The notes under the pieces: generated by a model
Database searches by the model: none
Seen by the model: the letters and a program-made list of their open reading frames with translations, nothing else
Told to the model about the DNA's origin: nothing
Translations under genes and position numbers: made by a program
Shown here: positions 23,648 to 33,299 of the stretch, piece after piece
Layout of the letters: each line of letters starts with the position of its first letter
How positions within the stretch are numbered: position 1 is the first letter of the stretch
NCBI GenBank assembly: GCA_016178725.1
Contig: JACOSV010000045.1
Location: 51 to 64,050, forward strand
DNA from: Candidatus Eiseniibacteriota bacterium
GTDB taxonomy: Bacteria > Eisenbacteria > RBG-16-71-46
Reading direction: 5' to 3'
Length of the DNA stretch: 64,000 bases

Positions 23648-23775
23648 CGCGCGACCGTCCCTCGTGCGGGCGGGCGATGGACGGGCCGCTGATCGACTCG
23701 AATGGCGGCGCCCCCGGACTTTCGGATAGATTGCGCGCGACCCCCGCAACGATCCGCCACCGGAAAGCGAGTACC

Positions 23776-25980
23776 GTGTCCAGCCTGCCCGATCTCAACG
23801 AGGCGCAGCGCGCGGCCGTCGAGCACGGCGCGGGCCCGGCGCTGGTCATCGCCGGGGCGGGGAGCGGCAAGACCCGCGTCCTGACCGCGCGGGTCGCGCA
23901 TCTGCTGGCGCGCGGGATCGCACCCGAGGCGATCCTCGCGTTCACGTTCACGAACCGCGCCGCGCGCGAGATGCGGGCGCGCATCGAGCGCACGGTGGGC
24001 GAGGCCGCGCGGCGGCTGTGGGTCGGCACCTTTCACGCGACCGGCGTGCGCATTCTGCGCCGCGAGGCGCGCGGGGGAGCGCTCCCCGGGATCGGCCCCG
24101 ACTTCGTCATCTACGACCGCGAAGATCAGGAGACGGTGGTCGCGGCCGCGATCGCGGCGCTCGAGCTCCCCGAGGGGACGCTTCGCACGGGCGAGGTACT
24201 GCGCCGCATCTCCGACGCCAAGAACGCGCTGGTCTCGGTCGAGGCGTTCGAGCGCGCCGCGGTGAGTCCGCACGAGCGGCGGATCGCCGCGTGCTATCGG
24301 CGTTATCGCGACACGCTGCGCGGCCAGTCGGCGCTCGACTTCGACGACCTGATCGGCGACGTCGTGACGCTGCTGCGCGACCGACCCGAGATCGCCGAGC
24401 GCTATCGCCGCCGCTTCGTCCACGTGCTGGTGGACGAGTACCAGGACACGAACCACGCCCAGTTCCGGCTCGTCGAAGCGCTCGCCGCCGGACACGGCAA
24501 CCTGTTCGTGGTCGGCGACGACGATCAGAGCATCTACCGGTTCCGCGGCGCCGACCTGACGAACGTGCTCGAATTCGAACGAGCGTTTCCCGGCGCCGCG
24601 GTGATCCGGCTCGAGCAGAACTACCGCTCGACCGCCAACATCCTGCGGGCGGCGAACGCGGTCATCGCCCACAACCGCGACCGCAAGGGTAAGACGCTGT
24701 GGTGCGACCGCGAGGACGGCGCGCGGCTGCGCTTCGTGCTCGCCGCCGACGAAGCCGACGAGGCGCGCTGCGTGCGCGCGCGGCTCGAAGAGCACCGCCG
24801 GCGCGGCGGCCGGCTCGACGAGTGCGCGATCCTGTACCGCACCAACGCGCAGTCGCGCGCGCTCGAATCGGAGCTGCGCCTCCACGGCATCCGCTACGAG
24901 ATGGTCGGAGGCGTCTCGTTCTTCGCCCGGCGCGAGGTGAAGGACCTGCTCGCGTATCTGCGCCTGGCGCTGAATCCCGCCGATCGCGTCGCGTTCTGGC
25001 GCGTCTGGAACACGCCGCGGCGCGGCCTCGGCGACGCGGTGCGGGCGCGCATCGAAGCGCTTGGGGACGCGCCGCCGCTCGAGGCATTGCGGTCGCTCGC
25101 GGGCGAAGGCCTGCGCGGCGCGGCGCGCGGCGGCGCCGAATCGTTCATCACGCTCATCGACGAGCTGCGTGCGGGGCTGAACGCACCGCCCGCCGAGCTG
25201 CTGCGCCTCGTGCTCGAGCGCACCGACTATCTCCGCATGCTCGACGACGAGCGTGACGGGACGTCGGCCGATCGCCGCGCCAACATCGAGGAGCTGCTGG
25301 TCGCGGCGTCCGACCACGCGAGCGCGCCGGCGGACGATGGGAGCGGGGACGTGGCGGGATTCCTCGCCGAGGCGACGCTCGTGACGGACGCCGACCGCGT
25401 GGAAGAAGGCGCGGATCGCGTGCTCATGCTGACCGCGCACACCGCGAAGGGCCTCGAGTTCCCGGTGGTGATCGTGGCCGGCCTCGAGGAGGGTCTGTTT
25501 CCGCACGGCTCGTCGCTCGACGAGCCGGGGCAGCTCGAGGAGGAGCGCCGGCTGTTCTACGTCGCCGTGACGCGCGCCCGGAACGAGGTGCTCCTGACGG
25601 CGGCCGCGTATCGGCGGCGGTTCACGGCCGAAGGCGTGTTCGCGGCGCGGGGCGGGGCGGTGTCGCGGTTCGTCGACGAGATCCCGGCGGAGCTGGTCGA
25701 CCGCGAGGAGACGCTCCAGCCGGCCGTTCGATTCCCGGCATGGGCGTCCCGCCGGCGAGCGGGAGCCGCGGGACCGGCCCAGAGCGACGGCCCGGCGTAC
25801 CGTACGAGGGGCCCGCTCGCGCGCGTCGTCGGTAAGGAGGTCTATCACGAGACGTTCGGGCGCGGCGTCGTCGTGATGGCGGAGGGCGCCGGGCCCGACG
25901 CGCGCTACACCGTGCGCTTCGGCACCCAGCTCAAGAAGGTGATGGGGCGATTCCTGACCGGAGGCGTGGATGTCGATTGA
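23776..25980 (+). CDS. pcrA: UvrD/PcrA ATP-dependent DNA helicase
   Basis: AGAGSGKT, VDEYQD, QNYRST, KGLEF, EERRLFYVAVTRA, C-terminal Tudor-like HETFGRG. Confidence 0.94.
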   Translation: MSSLPDLNEAQRAAVEHGAGPALVIAGAGSGKTRVLTARVAHLLARGIAPEAILAFTFTNRAAREMRARIERTVGEAARRLWVGTFHATGVRILRREARGGALPGIGPDFVIYDREDQETVVAAAIAALELPEGTLRTGEVLRRISDAKNALVSVEAFERAAVSPHERRIAACYRRYRDTLRGQSALDFDDLIGDVVTLLRDRPEIAERYRRRFVHVLVDEYQDTNHAQFRLVEALAAGHGNLFVVGDDDQSIYRFRGADLTNVLEFERAFPGAAVIRLEQNYRSTANILRAANAVIAHNRDRKGKTLWCDREDGARLRFVLAADEADEARCVRARLEEHRRRGGRLDECAILYRTNAQSRALESELRLHGIRYEMVGGVSFFARREVKDLLAYLRLALNPADRVAFWRVWNTPRRGLGDAVRARIEALGDAPPLEALRSLAGEGLRGAARGGAESFITLIDELRAGLNAPPAELLRLVLERTDYLRMLDDERDGTSADRRANIEELLVAASDHASAPADDGSGDVAGFLAEATLVTDADRVEEGADRVLMLTAHTAKGLEFPVVIVAGLEEGLFPHGSSLDEPGQLEEERRLFYVAVTRARNEVLLTAAAYRRRFTAEGVFAARGGAVSRFVDEIPAELVDREETLQPAVRFPAWASRRRAGAAGPAQSDGPAYRTRGPLARVVGKEVYHETFGRGVVVMAEGAGPDARYTVRFGTQLKKVMGRFLTGGVDVD

Positions 25981-26284
25981 CCGCGAGGACGTGAAGCGGA
26001 TCGCCGAGCTCGCGCGGCTCGAGATCCCCGAAGACCGGATCGAGCGCACGGCGCGCGAGCTCTCGGCGGTGCTCGACTACGCCGCGGCGCTGCGGCGCCT
26101 CGACCTCGAGGGCTGCGAGCCGACCGTGTTCGCCGGGCTCGGCGCGGCCGGGCCGGCGCCGCTGCGCGCCGACGCGCTCGACGACGTGCGGCGGCTCACG
26201 CCCGAGACCGCGCTCGCCGCCGCGCCCGAGCACGAGGACGACGCGTTCCTCGTGCCGCCGGTGGTGGAGAACCTGAACCCGTGA
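25970..26284 (+). CDS. gatC: Asp/Glu-tRNA amidotransferase subunit C
   Basis: VKRIAELARL, FLVP; precedes gatA. Confidence 0.92.
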   Translation: MSIDREDVKRIAELARLEIPEDRIERTARELSAVLDYAAALRRLDLEGCEPTVFAGLGAAGPAPLRADALDDVRRLTPETALAAAPEHEDDAFLVPPVVENLNP

Positions 26285-27780
26285 GCGGCGCCGACGTCTG
26301 GAGGCTCTCGGCCACCGCGCTGGCGGCGCGCGTGCGCGCGGGCGATCTCGCGGTGGCCGACGCCGTGGAATCGGGCTGGCGCGGGCCGGCCGCGGCGTGG
26401 GAGGCGGACGTGCACGCCGTCGCGCACACCGATCCCGGCGCTCGCGCCGCCGCGTCGTCCGCCGCCGCGCGCGACCGGCGCACCGCGCCGCTCGCCGGAG
26501 TGCCGGTGCTGGTCAAGGACAACCTCTGCACGACCGACTACCCGACCACGTGCGGATCGCGCATCCTCGCCGGCTACCGGCCGCCGTACGACGCGACCGT
26601 GATCGGGCGGCTGCGCGATCACGGAGCGGTCGTGATCGGCAAGGGCAACATGGACGAGTTCGCGATGGGCTCGTCCACCGAGTTCAGCGCCTACGGTCCG
26701 ACACGCAACCCCTACGATCTCGGGCGCGTCCCGGGCGGATCGAGCGGCGGGCCGGCGGCGGCCGTGGCGTACGGCCTGTGCCCCGTCGGCCTCGGCTCGG
26801 ACACCGGCGGTTCGGTGCGGCAGCCCGCCGCGTTCTGCGGCGTGTTCGGCCTCAAGCCGACGTACGGACGTCTCTCGCGCTACGGGCTGGTCGCGTTCGG
26901 GTCGTCGCTCGATCAGGTCGGGATCTTCGCGCGCCATGCGGGCGACGTCGCCGCGACCTACGCGGCGCTCGCCGGCCCCGATCCCCACGACGCGACCACG
27001 CGGCAGACGCCGGCGCCGGATGTGTCGCGCTGGGATCGCGGCGTCGCGGGGCTCACGTTCGGATGGCCGGCCAATCTGTGGCGCGAGGGCGTCGAGCCCG
27101 ACGTCGTCGAAGGACTCGAGATCGCGGCGGTCGCGCTCGAGCGCGCCGGCGCGCGGCGCGTGGCATTCGACTTCATGCCCGGCGAGTACGCCGTCGCCAC
27201 CTACTACCTCGTCGCCACCGCCGAGGCGAGCTCGAACCTCGCGCGCTTCGACGGCGTGCGCTACGGCTTCCGCCACGACGACGCGCCGGACGTGCGCGCG
27301 CTCTACACGCGCACGCGCAGCGCCGGCTTCGGGCCCGAGGTGCAGCGCCGCATCCTCCTCGGCACGTACGCGCTTTCGGCCGGCTACTACGACGCCTACT
27401 ACCTCACGGCCCAGCGCGCGCGCACGCGCATCCGCCGCGAATACGAGGCGGCGTTCGCGCGCTGCGACTGCATGCTGATGCCGGCGTCGCCGACGCTGCC
27501 GTTCCGGCTCGGCGAGAAGACCGACGATCCGCTGGCGATGTACCTGAGCGACATCTTCACGATCGGCGCCAACCTCGCCGGCATCCCGGGGCTCACGGTC
27601 CCGGTCGGGCTGACAGGGGCGAACGGCCGGCCGCCGCTGCCGCGCGCGGTGCAGGTGCTCGGGCCCGAAGACGCGGAGCCGGTGCTGCTCGCCGCGGGGC
27701 GCGCCCTCGAGGTCGGCGGCGACACGATCCGGCTCGGCGCCGCCCACGACACGGAGTTCGCGTGGCCTACGAAGCGGTAA
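26281..27780 (+). CDS. gatA: Asp/Glu-tRNA amidotransferase subunit A
   Basis: KDN, NMDEFAMGSS, GGSSGG, SDTGGSVRQP. Confidence 0.97.
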   Translation: MSGADVWRLSATALAARVRAGDLAVADAVESGWRGPAAAWEADVHAVAHTDPGARAAASSAAARDRRTAPLAGVPVLVKDNLCTTDYPTTCGSRILAGYRPPYDATVIGRLRDHGAVVIGKGNMDEFAMGSSTEFSAYGPTRNPYDLGRVPGGSSGGPAAAVAYGLCPVGLGSDTGGSVRQPAAFCGVFGLKPTYGRLSRYGLVAFGSSLDQVGIFARHAGDVAATYAALAGPDPHDATTRQTPAPDVSRWDRGVAGLTFGWPANLWREGVEPDVVEGLEIAAVALERAGARRVAFDFMPGEYAVATYYLVATAEASSNLARFDGVRYGFRHDDAPDVRALYTRTRSAGFGPEVQRRILLGTYALSAGYYDAYYLTAQRARTRIRREYEAAFARCDCMLMPASPTLPFRLGEKTDDPLAMYLSDIFTIGANLAGIPGLTVPVGLTGANGRPPLPRAVQVLGPEDAEPVLLAAGRALEVGGDTIRLGAAHDTEFAWPTKR

Positions 27781-29219
27781 TCGGCCTCGAGTGCCACATC
27801 CAGCTCGCCACGGTGAGCAAGATGTTCTGCGGCTGCCCGGCCGAGTTCGGCGCGCGCCCGAACAGCAACGTCTGCCCCGTGTGTCTCGGGCTCCCCGGCG
27901 CGCTGCCGGTCACGAACCGCGAGGCGATCGACGCCGCGATCCGGCTCGGCCTCGCGCTGGGCTCGACGATCCGGGACGTGAGCGTCTTCGCGCGCAAGCA
28001 CTACTTCTATCCCGACATGCCCAAGAACTATCAGATCACCCAGTACGACCGGCCGCTGTGCGAGGGCGGCGCGCTGCCGGTACGGATCGGCGACGCGACA
28101 CGGTCGTTCGCGCTGATCCGCGTGCACGCCGAGGAGGACACCGGCAAGTCGTTTCATCCCGAGCGCCACGGCGACCGCCAGGTTTCGCGCGTGGACTTCA
28201 ACCGCGCCGGCGTGCCGCTGCTCGAGCTCGTGACGCAGCCGGTGTTCCGCGAGCCGGCCGAGTGCGCGGCGTTCCTCACCGCGCTGCGCCGACTGGTGCG
28301 CTGGCTCGGCATCTCGGAAGGCGACATGGAGAAGGGGCACCTGCGCTGCGACGCCAACGTCAGCATCCGCCCGGCGGGCACGCAGGCGCTCGGCACCAAG
28401 TCCGAGCTCAAGAACCTGAACTCGATCAAGGGCGTCGAGAAGGGCATCACCGCCGAGATCGCGCGGCAGGAGCGCGTGCTCGCTTCGGGCGGGACGATCG
28501 AGCAGGCGACGCTGCTCTACGACGCCGACCACGACAAGCTCGCCGTCATGCGCTCCAAGGAGCACGCCCACGACTACCGCTATTTCCCCGAGCCCGACCT
28601 GCCTCAGCTCGCGGTAGACGCGGCGTGGCTCGCCGCGGCGCGCGAACGGCTCGCCGAGCTGCCGTGGACGCGCGCGGAGCGATTCGCGGCCGAGTACGGC
28701 CTACCCGCCTACGACGCCGGCGTCCTGTGCGATCAGCGCGAGCTCGCCGACTATTTTGAGGAGGTCGTCAAGGAAGCAGATCCGAAGAAGGTCAGTAACT
28801 GGATCATGACGGAGATGCTCAGACACCTTAAGGCCACGCAGCGTGGGGTATCCGACTGGGCGCGAAATGTTCCACCCCACCACTTCGCATTCATCATAAG
28901 GAGCGTTGAAACCGCCCAGGCAACGGCGACGAGTGCCAAGAGCGTTCTCGATGAGGTGTTCGCCAATGGCGGAGACCCGGCCTCGATATACGCTGAGCGC
29001 GGCATAAGAGCCCGGTCGTCTTCCGATGAGCTGCTCCCGCTGGTGCGCGCGGCGATCGAGGAGAACCCGGGACCGGTGGCGCAGTACCTCGGCGGCAAGA
29101 CGGCGACGCTCGGCTTCCTCGTCGGTCAGGTGATGAAGAAGAGCGGCGGGCAGGCGGTGCCGCAGACGGTGAAGGACCTGCTCGAGGCCGAACTCGCACG
29201 GCGCGCGGCTGCGCGGTAG
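27762..29219 (+). CDS. gatB: Asp/Glu-tRNA amidotransferase subunit B
   Basis: VIGLECH, YFYPDMPK, LRCDANVS, YRYFPEPDL. Confidence 0.97.
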   Translation: MAYEAVIGLECHIQLATVSKMFCGCPAEFGARPNSNVCPVCLGLPGALPVTNREAIDAAIRLGLALGSTIRDVSVFARKHYFYPDMPKNYQITQYDRPLCEGGALPVRIGDATRSFALIRVHAEEDTGKSFHPERHGDRQVSRVDFNRAGVPLLELVTQPVFREPAECAAFLTALRRLVRWLGISEGDMEKGHLRCDANVSIRPAGTQALGTKSELKNLNSIKGVEKGITAEIARQERVLASGGTIEQATLLYDADHDKLAVMRSKEHAHDYRYFPEPDLPQLAVDAAWLAAARERLAELPWTRAERFAAEYGLPAYDAGVLCDQRELADYFEEVVKEADPKKVSNWIMTEMLRHLKATQRGVSDWARNVPPHHFAFIIRSVETAQATATSAKSVLDEVFANGGDPASIYAERGIRARSSSDELLPLVRAAIEENPGPVAQYLGGKTATLGFLVGQVMKKSGGQAVPQTVKDLLEAELARRAAAR

Positions 29220-29229
29220 AGTCCAGAGC

Positions 29230-30570
29230 GTGCATCGCATCCTCGTCATCGGAAGCGGCGGGCGTGAGCACGCGCTCGCGTGGCGCCTCGCACGCGATCC
29301 ATCCGTCGAGCGCGTGCTGGTCGCCCCCGGCAACGACGGAATCGCCGGCGCCGCGACGTGCATCCCGGCGGATGAGCGCGACGCCCCGGCGATCGCCGCG
29401 ATCGCGCGCCGCGAGCGCGTGACGCTGGTCGTCGTCGGGCCCGAGGGTCCGCTCGCCGCCGGCCTGGCCAACGCGCTCCGCGCCGAAGGGATCGCGGTCT
29501 TCGGCCCCGACCGCGCCGCGGCGGCGCTCGAGACCAGCAAGTGGGCCGCCAAACAGATCATGACCGAGGCCGGCATCCCCACCGCGCGCGGCCGCGCCGC
29601 CGGCACGGTCGCAGAGGCGATCGCCGCACTCGATGCGTTCCCGGCACCGTGGGTGGTGAAGGCCGACGGCCTCGCTGCTGGGAAGGTCGTGCTCGTTTCG
29701 TCCGTGCGGGCCGAGGCGGAGGCGTTCATCCGCGCGTGCCTCGAACACGGGCGCTTCGGCGTCGCCGGCGGCCGGGTCGTGATCGAGGAACACCTCGCGG
29801 GCGAAGAGGCGTCGGTGATGGCGGTGACGGACGGCGAGCGATTCGCGCTGTTGCCGCCGGCCCGCGACTACAAGCGCGCGCGGGACGGCGATCACGGCGC
29901 CAACACGGGCGGCATGGGAGCATACGCGCCGAGCGAGGCGGTGACGCAGGCGCTCGAGGACGAGGTCGCGCGCGCGATCGTCGCGCCGACGCTCGCCGCG
30001 ATGCGGCGCCGCGGGACGCCGTTCCGCGGCACGCTGTACGCGGGCCTGATGCTCACCGCGGCCGGCGCGAAGGTGATCGAGTTCAACGTGCGCTTCGGCG
30101 ATCCGGAGACCGAGGCGGTGATGCCGCTGGTCGAGGGCGCGTTCGCCGATCTGCTCGCCGGCGCCGCCGCGGGGAGGCTCGATCCGGGCGCGGTCGCGCG
30201 CGGCCGCGGCGCGGCCGTCTCGGTCGCGATCGTCGCCGAGGGCTATCCGGAATCGCCCGGCGGCGGCGGCGTGATCGTGGGGTTGGAGGCGCTCGCGGCG
30301 GACGAGGATCTCGCGGTGTTCCACGCCGGCACGGCGCGCGAGAACGGTCGCTGGGTCGTGCGCGGCGGTCGTGCGGCGCACATCGTCGCGCGCGGCGCCA
30401 CGCGCGAAGCGGCGCGGCGGCGGGCGTACCAGGCGATCGCCTCGCTCGGCGGATCGGGCTGGCGCGTGCGCGGCGACATCGCCGTGCCGGCGGCGGGACC
30501 CGGCGCGGGCGGTGCGTCGCGCGGCGGCGCCGCGGCCGCGACCGCGACGGGAGGCGGATCGTGGAGGTGA
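29230..30570 (+). CDS. purD: phosphoribosylamine-glycine ligase
   Basis: GSGGREHA, GPEGPL, KADGLAAGK, NTGGMG, RFGDPE. Confidence 0.95.
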   Translation: MHRILVIGSGGREHALAWRLARDPSVERVLVAPGNDGIAGAATCIPADERDAPAIAAIARRERVTLVVVGPEGPLAAGLANALRAEGIAVFGPDRAAAALETSKWAAKQIMTEAGIPTARGRAAGTVAEAIAALDAFPAPWVVKADGLAAGKVVLVSSVRAEAEAFIRACLEHGRFGVAGGRVVIEEHLAGEEASVMAVTDGERFALLPPARDYKRARDGDHGANTGGMGAYAPSEAVTQALEDEVARAIVAPTLAAMRRRGTPFRGTLYAGLMLTAAGAKVIEFNVRFGDPETEAVMPLVEGAFADLLAGAAAGRLDPGAVARGRGAAVSVAIVAEGYPESPGGGGVIVGLEALAADEDLAVFHAGTARENGRWVVRGGRAAHIVARGATREAARRRAYQAIASLGGSGWRVRGDIAVPAAGPGAGGASRGGAAAATATGGGSWR

Positions 30571-31211
30571 TGAAGGTCGATCCGGCGAACCCGGATCCCG
30601 AGGTGTTGCTGGCCGCCGCGGAGGCGGTGCTGCGGGGCGGCATCATCGCGTTCCCGACCGATACGCTCTACGGCCTCGGCTGCTCGCTGTTCGACGTCTC
30701 GGCGGTCGAGATGGTGGCGCGGATCAAGCGCCGCGATCCCTCGCTGGCGGTGATCTCGCTGATCCCCGAGCCGCGCCAGGTGCACGGCCTCGCGCAGGAG
30801 GTCGGCGACGTCGCCGAGCGCCTCATGGCGCGGCACTGGCCCGGTCCGCTCTCGCTCATCTTCCTCGCCGCGCCGATCGTCCCTGCGCGCGTCCGCGGCG
30901 CCGGCGGCACCGTCGCGCTGCGCTGTCCGAAGGACACGCTGTGCGAGCGCCTGCTCGACCGGATCGGCGGCCCGGTGGTCTCGAGCAGCGCCAACCTCTC
31001 GGGCCGGCCGCCGGCCGAGACCGCCGACGAGGTTGTGCGCATCTTCGGCAATCAGCTCGATCTGGTGATCGACGGCGGGCCGCGCCACGGCGGGCTGCCG
31101 AGCACGCTCGTGGACGTGAGCGGGCCGCGCCCGCGGCTCCTGCGCCGCGGCGTGATCGACGTGGGCGCCGACCTCGGCGACTTCGAGGATGCGACCGCGG
31201 GCGACGATTGA
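30570..31211 (+). CDS. tsaC: L-threonylcarbamoyladenylate synthase (TsaC/Sua5/YwlC)
   Basis: FPTDTLYGL, WPGPL, SSANLSG. Confidence 0.93.
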   Translation: MKVDPANPDPEVLLAAAEAVLRGGIIAFPTDTLYGLGCSLFDVSAVEMVARIKRRDPSLAVISLIPEPRQVHGLAQEVGDVAERLMARHWPGPLSLIFLAAPIVPARVRGAGGTVALRCPKDTLCERLLDRIGGPVVSSSANLSGRPPAETADEVVRIFGNQLDLVIDGGPRHGGLPSTLVDVSGPRPRLLRRGVIDVGADLGDFEDATAGDD

Positions 31212-31264
31212 GCGCGGCGTGGTGCAGCGCGCACGACGCGGACGGCCGCGACCCGGCGGCGCGA

Positions 31265-31294
31265 TTGACGGGCGGTGGGACGCCCCTCTATCCT
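31265..31294 (+). promoter_or_regulatory. putative sigma70 promoter
   Basis: TTGACG-N18-TATCCT just before the phosphatase gene. Confidence 0.5.
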
Positions 31295-31302
31295 TGACCG
31301 GC

Positions 31303-31806
31303 ATGGCATCGAGCGATCCGTCCTTCCGCGTGCTCGTCGTGTGCACGGGGAATACCTGCCGGAGCCCCATGGCGGCGGCGGCGATGACCGCTGCGCTGGG
31401 TCCTGACGGTGAACGTATTGTCGTCGAGTCGGCCGGAACGGCGGCGTGGGAGGGTCAGCCCGCGACGCCGCACGCCGTCGAGGTCGCCGCGGCCGCGGGA
31501 ATCGATCTCACCGCCCACCGCTCGCGCCGCGTCACACCCGCAATGGTCCGGGCGGCGGACGTCGTGCTGGTCATGGAGCGCGGGCACCTCGCCGCGGTCC
31601 GCACGCTGGGCGCCGACCCCGACCGCACGCACGTGCTCGGCGAGTGGCGCGCCGGCGGCGCGTCGGCGGGTGGATCGGGGCTCGAGGTCAGCGACCCTTT
31701 CGGCGCTTCGCGTGAGGCCTACGAGGAGTGCTGGCGCCGCATTCAACACCATCTGGAACGCGTGCTCCCGGTGATCCGCGAGGCGTCACGCGCACGTTCG
31801 GCCTAG
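31303..31806 (+). CDS. low-molecular-weight protein phosphatase, YwlE-like (possible arginine phosphatase)
   Basis: VCTGNTCRS P-loop, SAGT, DPFG. Confidence 0.88.
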   Translation: MASSDPSFRVLVVCTGNTCRSPMAAAAMTAALGPDGERIVVESAGTAAWEGQPATPHAVEVAAAAGIDLTAHRSRRVTPAMVRAADVVLVMERGHLAAVRTLGADPDRTHVLGEWRAGGASAGGSGLEVSDPFGASREAYEECWRRIQHHLERVLPVIREASRARSA

Positions 31807-31833
31807 CCCGGAAGTCCAACCGCAGCGAGGTGG

Positions 31834-32820
31834 ATGATGGCTCTCACCAAAGTCAGCAAGATCTGGATGAACGGGAAGTGGGTCGCGTGGGACGACGCAC
31901 GAATCCACGTCCTCTCGCACGTGGCGCACTACGCCTCGAGCGTGTTCGAGGGGATCCGCTGCTACGACACGCGCCGCGGCCCGGCGATCTTCCGCCTCGA
32001 CGAGCACATCGAGCGGCTGATGAACTCGGCGCGCATCTATCGCATGGAGCTGCCGTTCACGCGTGAGCAGATCCGGCAGGCGTGCATCGACATCGTCGCG
32101 GTGAACGACCTCAAGGCGTGCTACCTGCGCCCGCTCATCTACCGCGGATACGAGAACCTCGGCGTCAATCCGTTCGGCTCGCCGGTCGAGGTGGCGGTGG
32201 CGGCGTTTCCCTGGGGCAAGTACCTCGGCGATGACGCGCTGACCAAGGGCGTCGCGGTCAAGATCAGCTCGTGGTGGCGCATGGCGCCCAACACCCTCCC
32301 GGCGATGGCCAAGGCGTCGGCCAACTACATGAACTCGCAGCTCATGAAGATGGAGGCGCTCGTCGACGGCTACGACGAGGCGGTGGCGCTCGACGTGAAC
32401 GGCTTCGTGAGCGAGGGCAGCGGACAGAACCTGTTCGCCGTGGTGAAGGGCGAGCTCGTGACGCCGCCGCTCCACAACAGCATCCTCGCCGGGATCACGC
32501 GCTCATCGGTCATGACGCTGGCGCGCGAGATGGACGTCCCGGTGCGCGAAGAGATCCTGCCGCGCGAGATGCTCTATGTGTGCGACGAAGTGTTCCTGGC
32601 CGGCACCGCGGTCGAGGTGACGCCGGTCCACTCGGTGGACCGCATCCCCGTCGGCGACGGCAAGCCGGGCCCGATCACGCGCCGCATCCAGGAGGCGTTC
32701 TTCGCTCTCGTCAAGGGCGATCAGGCGGACCATCACCGCTGGCTCACGGCGGTGCCGCAGCCCGTCGTCGCGGCGAAGGGCGCGCCGACCGCCGCCGGCG
32801 CGGCCGCCCGGCGGCCGTAA
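31834..32820 (+). CDS. ilvE: branched-chain amino acid aminotransferase
   Basis: HYASSVFEG, AKASANY, SEGSGQN, LAGITR, GTAVEV. Confidence 0.95.
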   Translation: MMALTKVSKIWMNGKWVAWDDARIHVLSHVAHYASSVFEGIRCYDTRRGPAIFRLDEHIERLMNSARIYRMELPFTREQIRQACIDIVAVNDLKACYLRPLIYRGYENLGVNPFGSPVEVAVAAFPWGKYLGDDALTKGVAVKISSWWRMAPNTLPAMAKASANYMNSQLMKMEALVDGYDEAVALDVNGFVSEGSGQNLFAVVKGELVTPPLHNSILAGITRSSVMTLAREMDVPVREEILPREMLYVCDEVFLAGTAVEVTPVHSVDRIPVGDGKPGPITRRIQEAFFALVKGDQADHHRWLTAVPQPVVAAKGAPTAAGAAARRP

Positions 32821-32833
32821 CCGCGCGGGAGCG

Positions 32834-33292
32834 ATGCGCGTCGCCCTCGGCAGCGATCACGCGGGCTACCCACTCAAGCAGCGGTTGATCGCCGAGCTCG
32901 AGCGCCTCGGCCACGCGGTCGAGGATCTCGGCACGTTCGCGGCGGAGCCGCCGGTGGACTATCCCGATTTCTGCTTCCCCGTGGCCGAGCGCGTGGCGGG
33001 CGGCCGCGCCGACCGCGGCATCGTCCTCGGCGGCAGCGGCATCGGCGAGGCGATCGCCGCGAACAAGGTCAAGGGGATCCGCGCGTCGGTCGTGACCAGC
33101 GACGAGACCGCGCGGCTCACGCGCCTCCACAACGATTCGAACGTGCTCGCCCTCGGCGCGCGCACGAACGCGCACGAGGATGCGGTACGCTGGCTCGGCA
33201 TCTGGCTCGCGACGCCGTTCGAAGGCGGACGCCACGTCGCCCGCCTGCAGAAGATCGCCGCGTACGAGTCCTCCCACTTCCTGCGAAAGTAG
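32834..33292 (+). CDS. rpiB: ribose-5-phosphate isomerase B
   Basis: GSDHAG, DYPDF, GGSGIG, ANKVKG, HND, FEGGRH. Confidence 0.93.
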   Translation: MRVALGSDHAGYPLKQRLIAELERLGHAVEDLGTFAAEPPVDYPDFCFPVAERVAGGRADRGIVLGGSGIGEAIAANKVKGIRASVVTSDETARLTRLHNDSNVLALGARTNAHEDAVRWLGIWLATPFEGGRHVARLQKIAAYESSHFLRK

Positions 33293-33299
33293 AGCCGGC

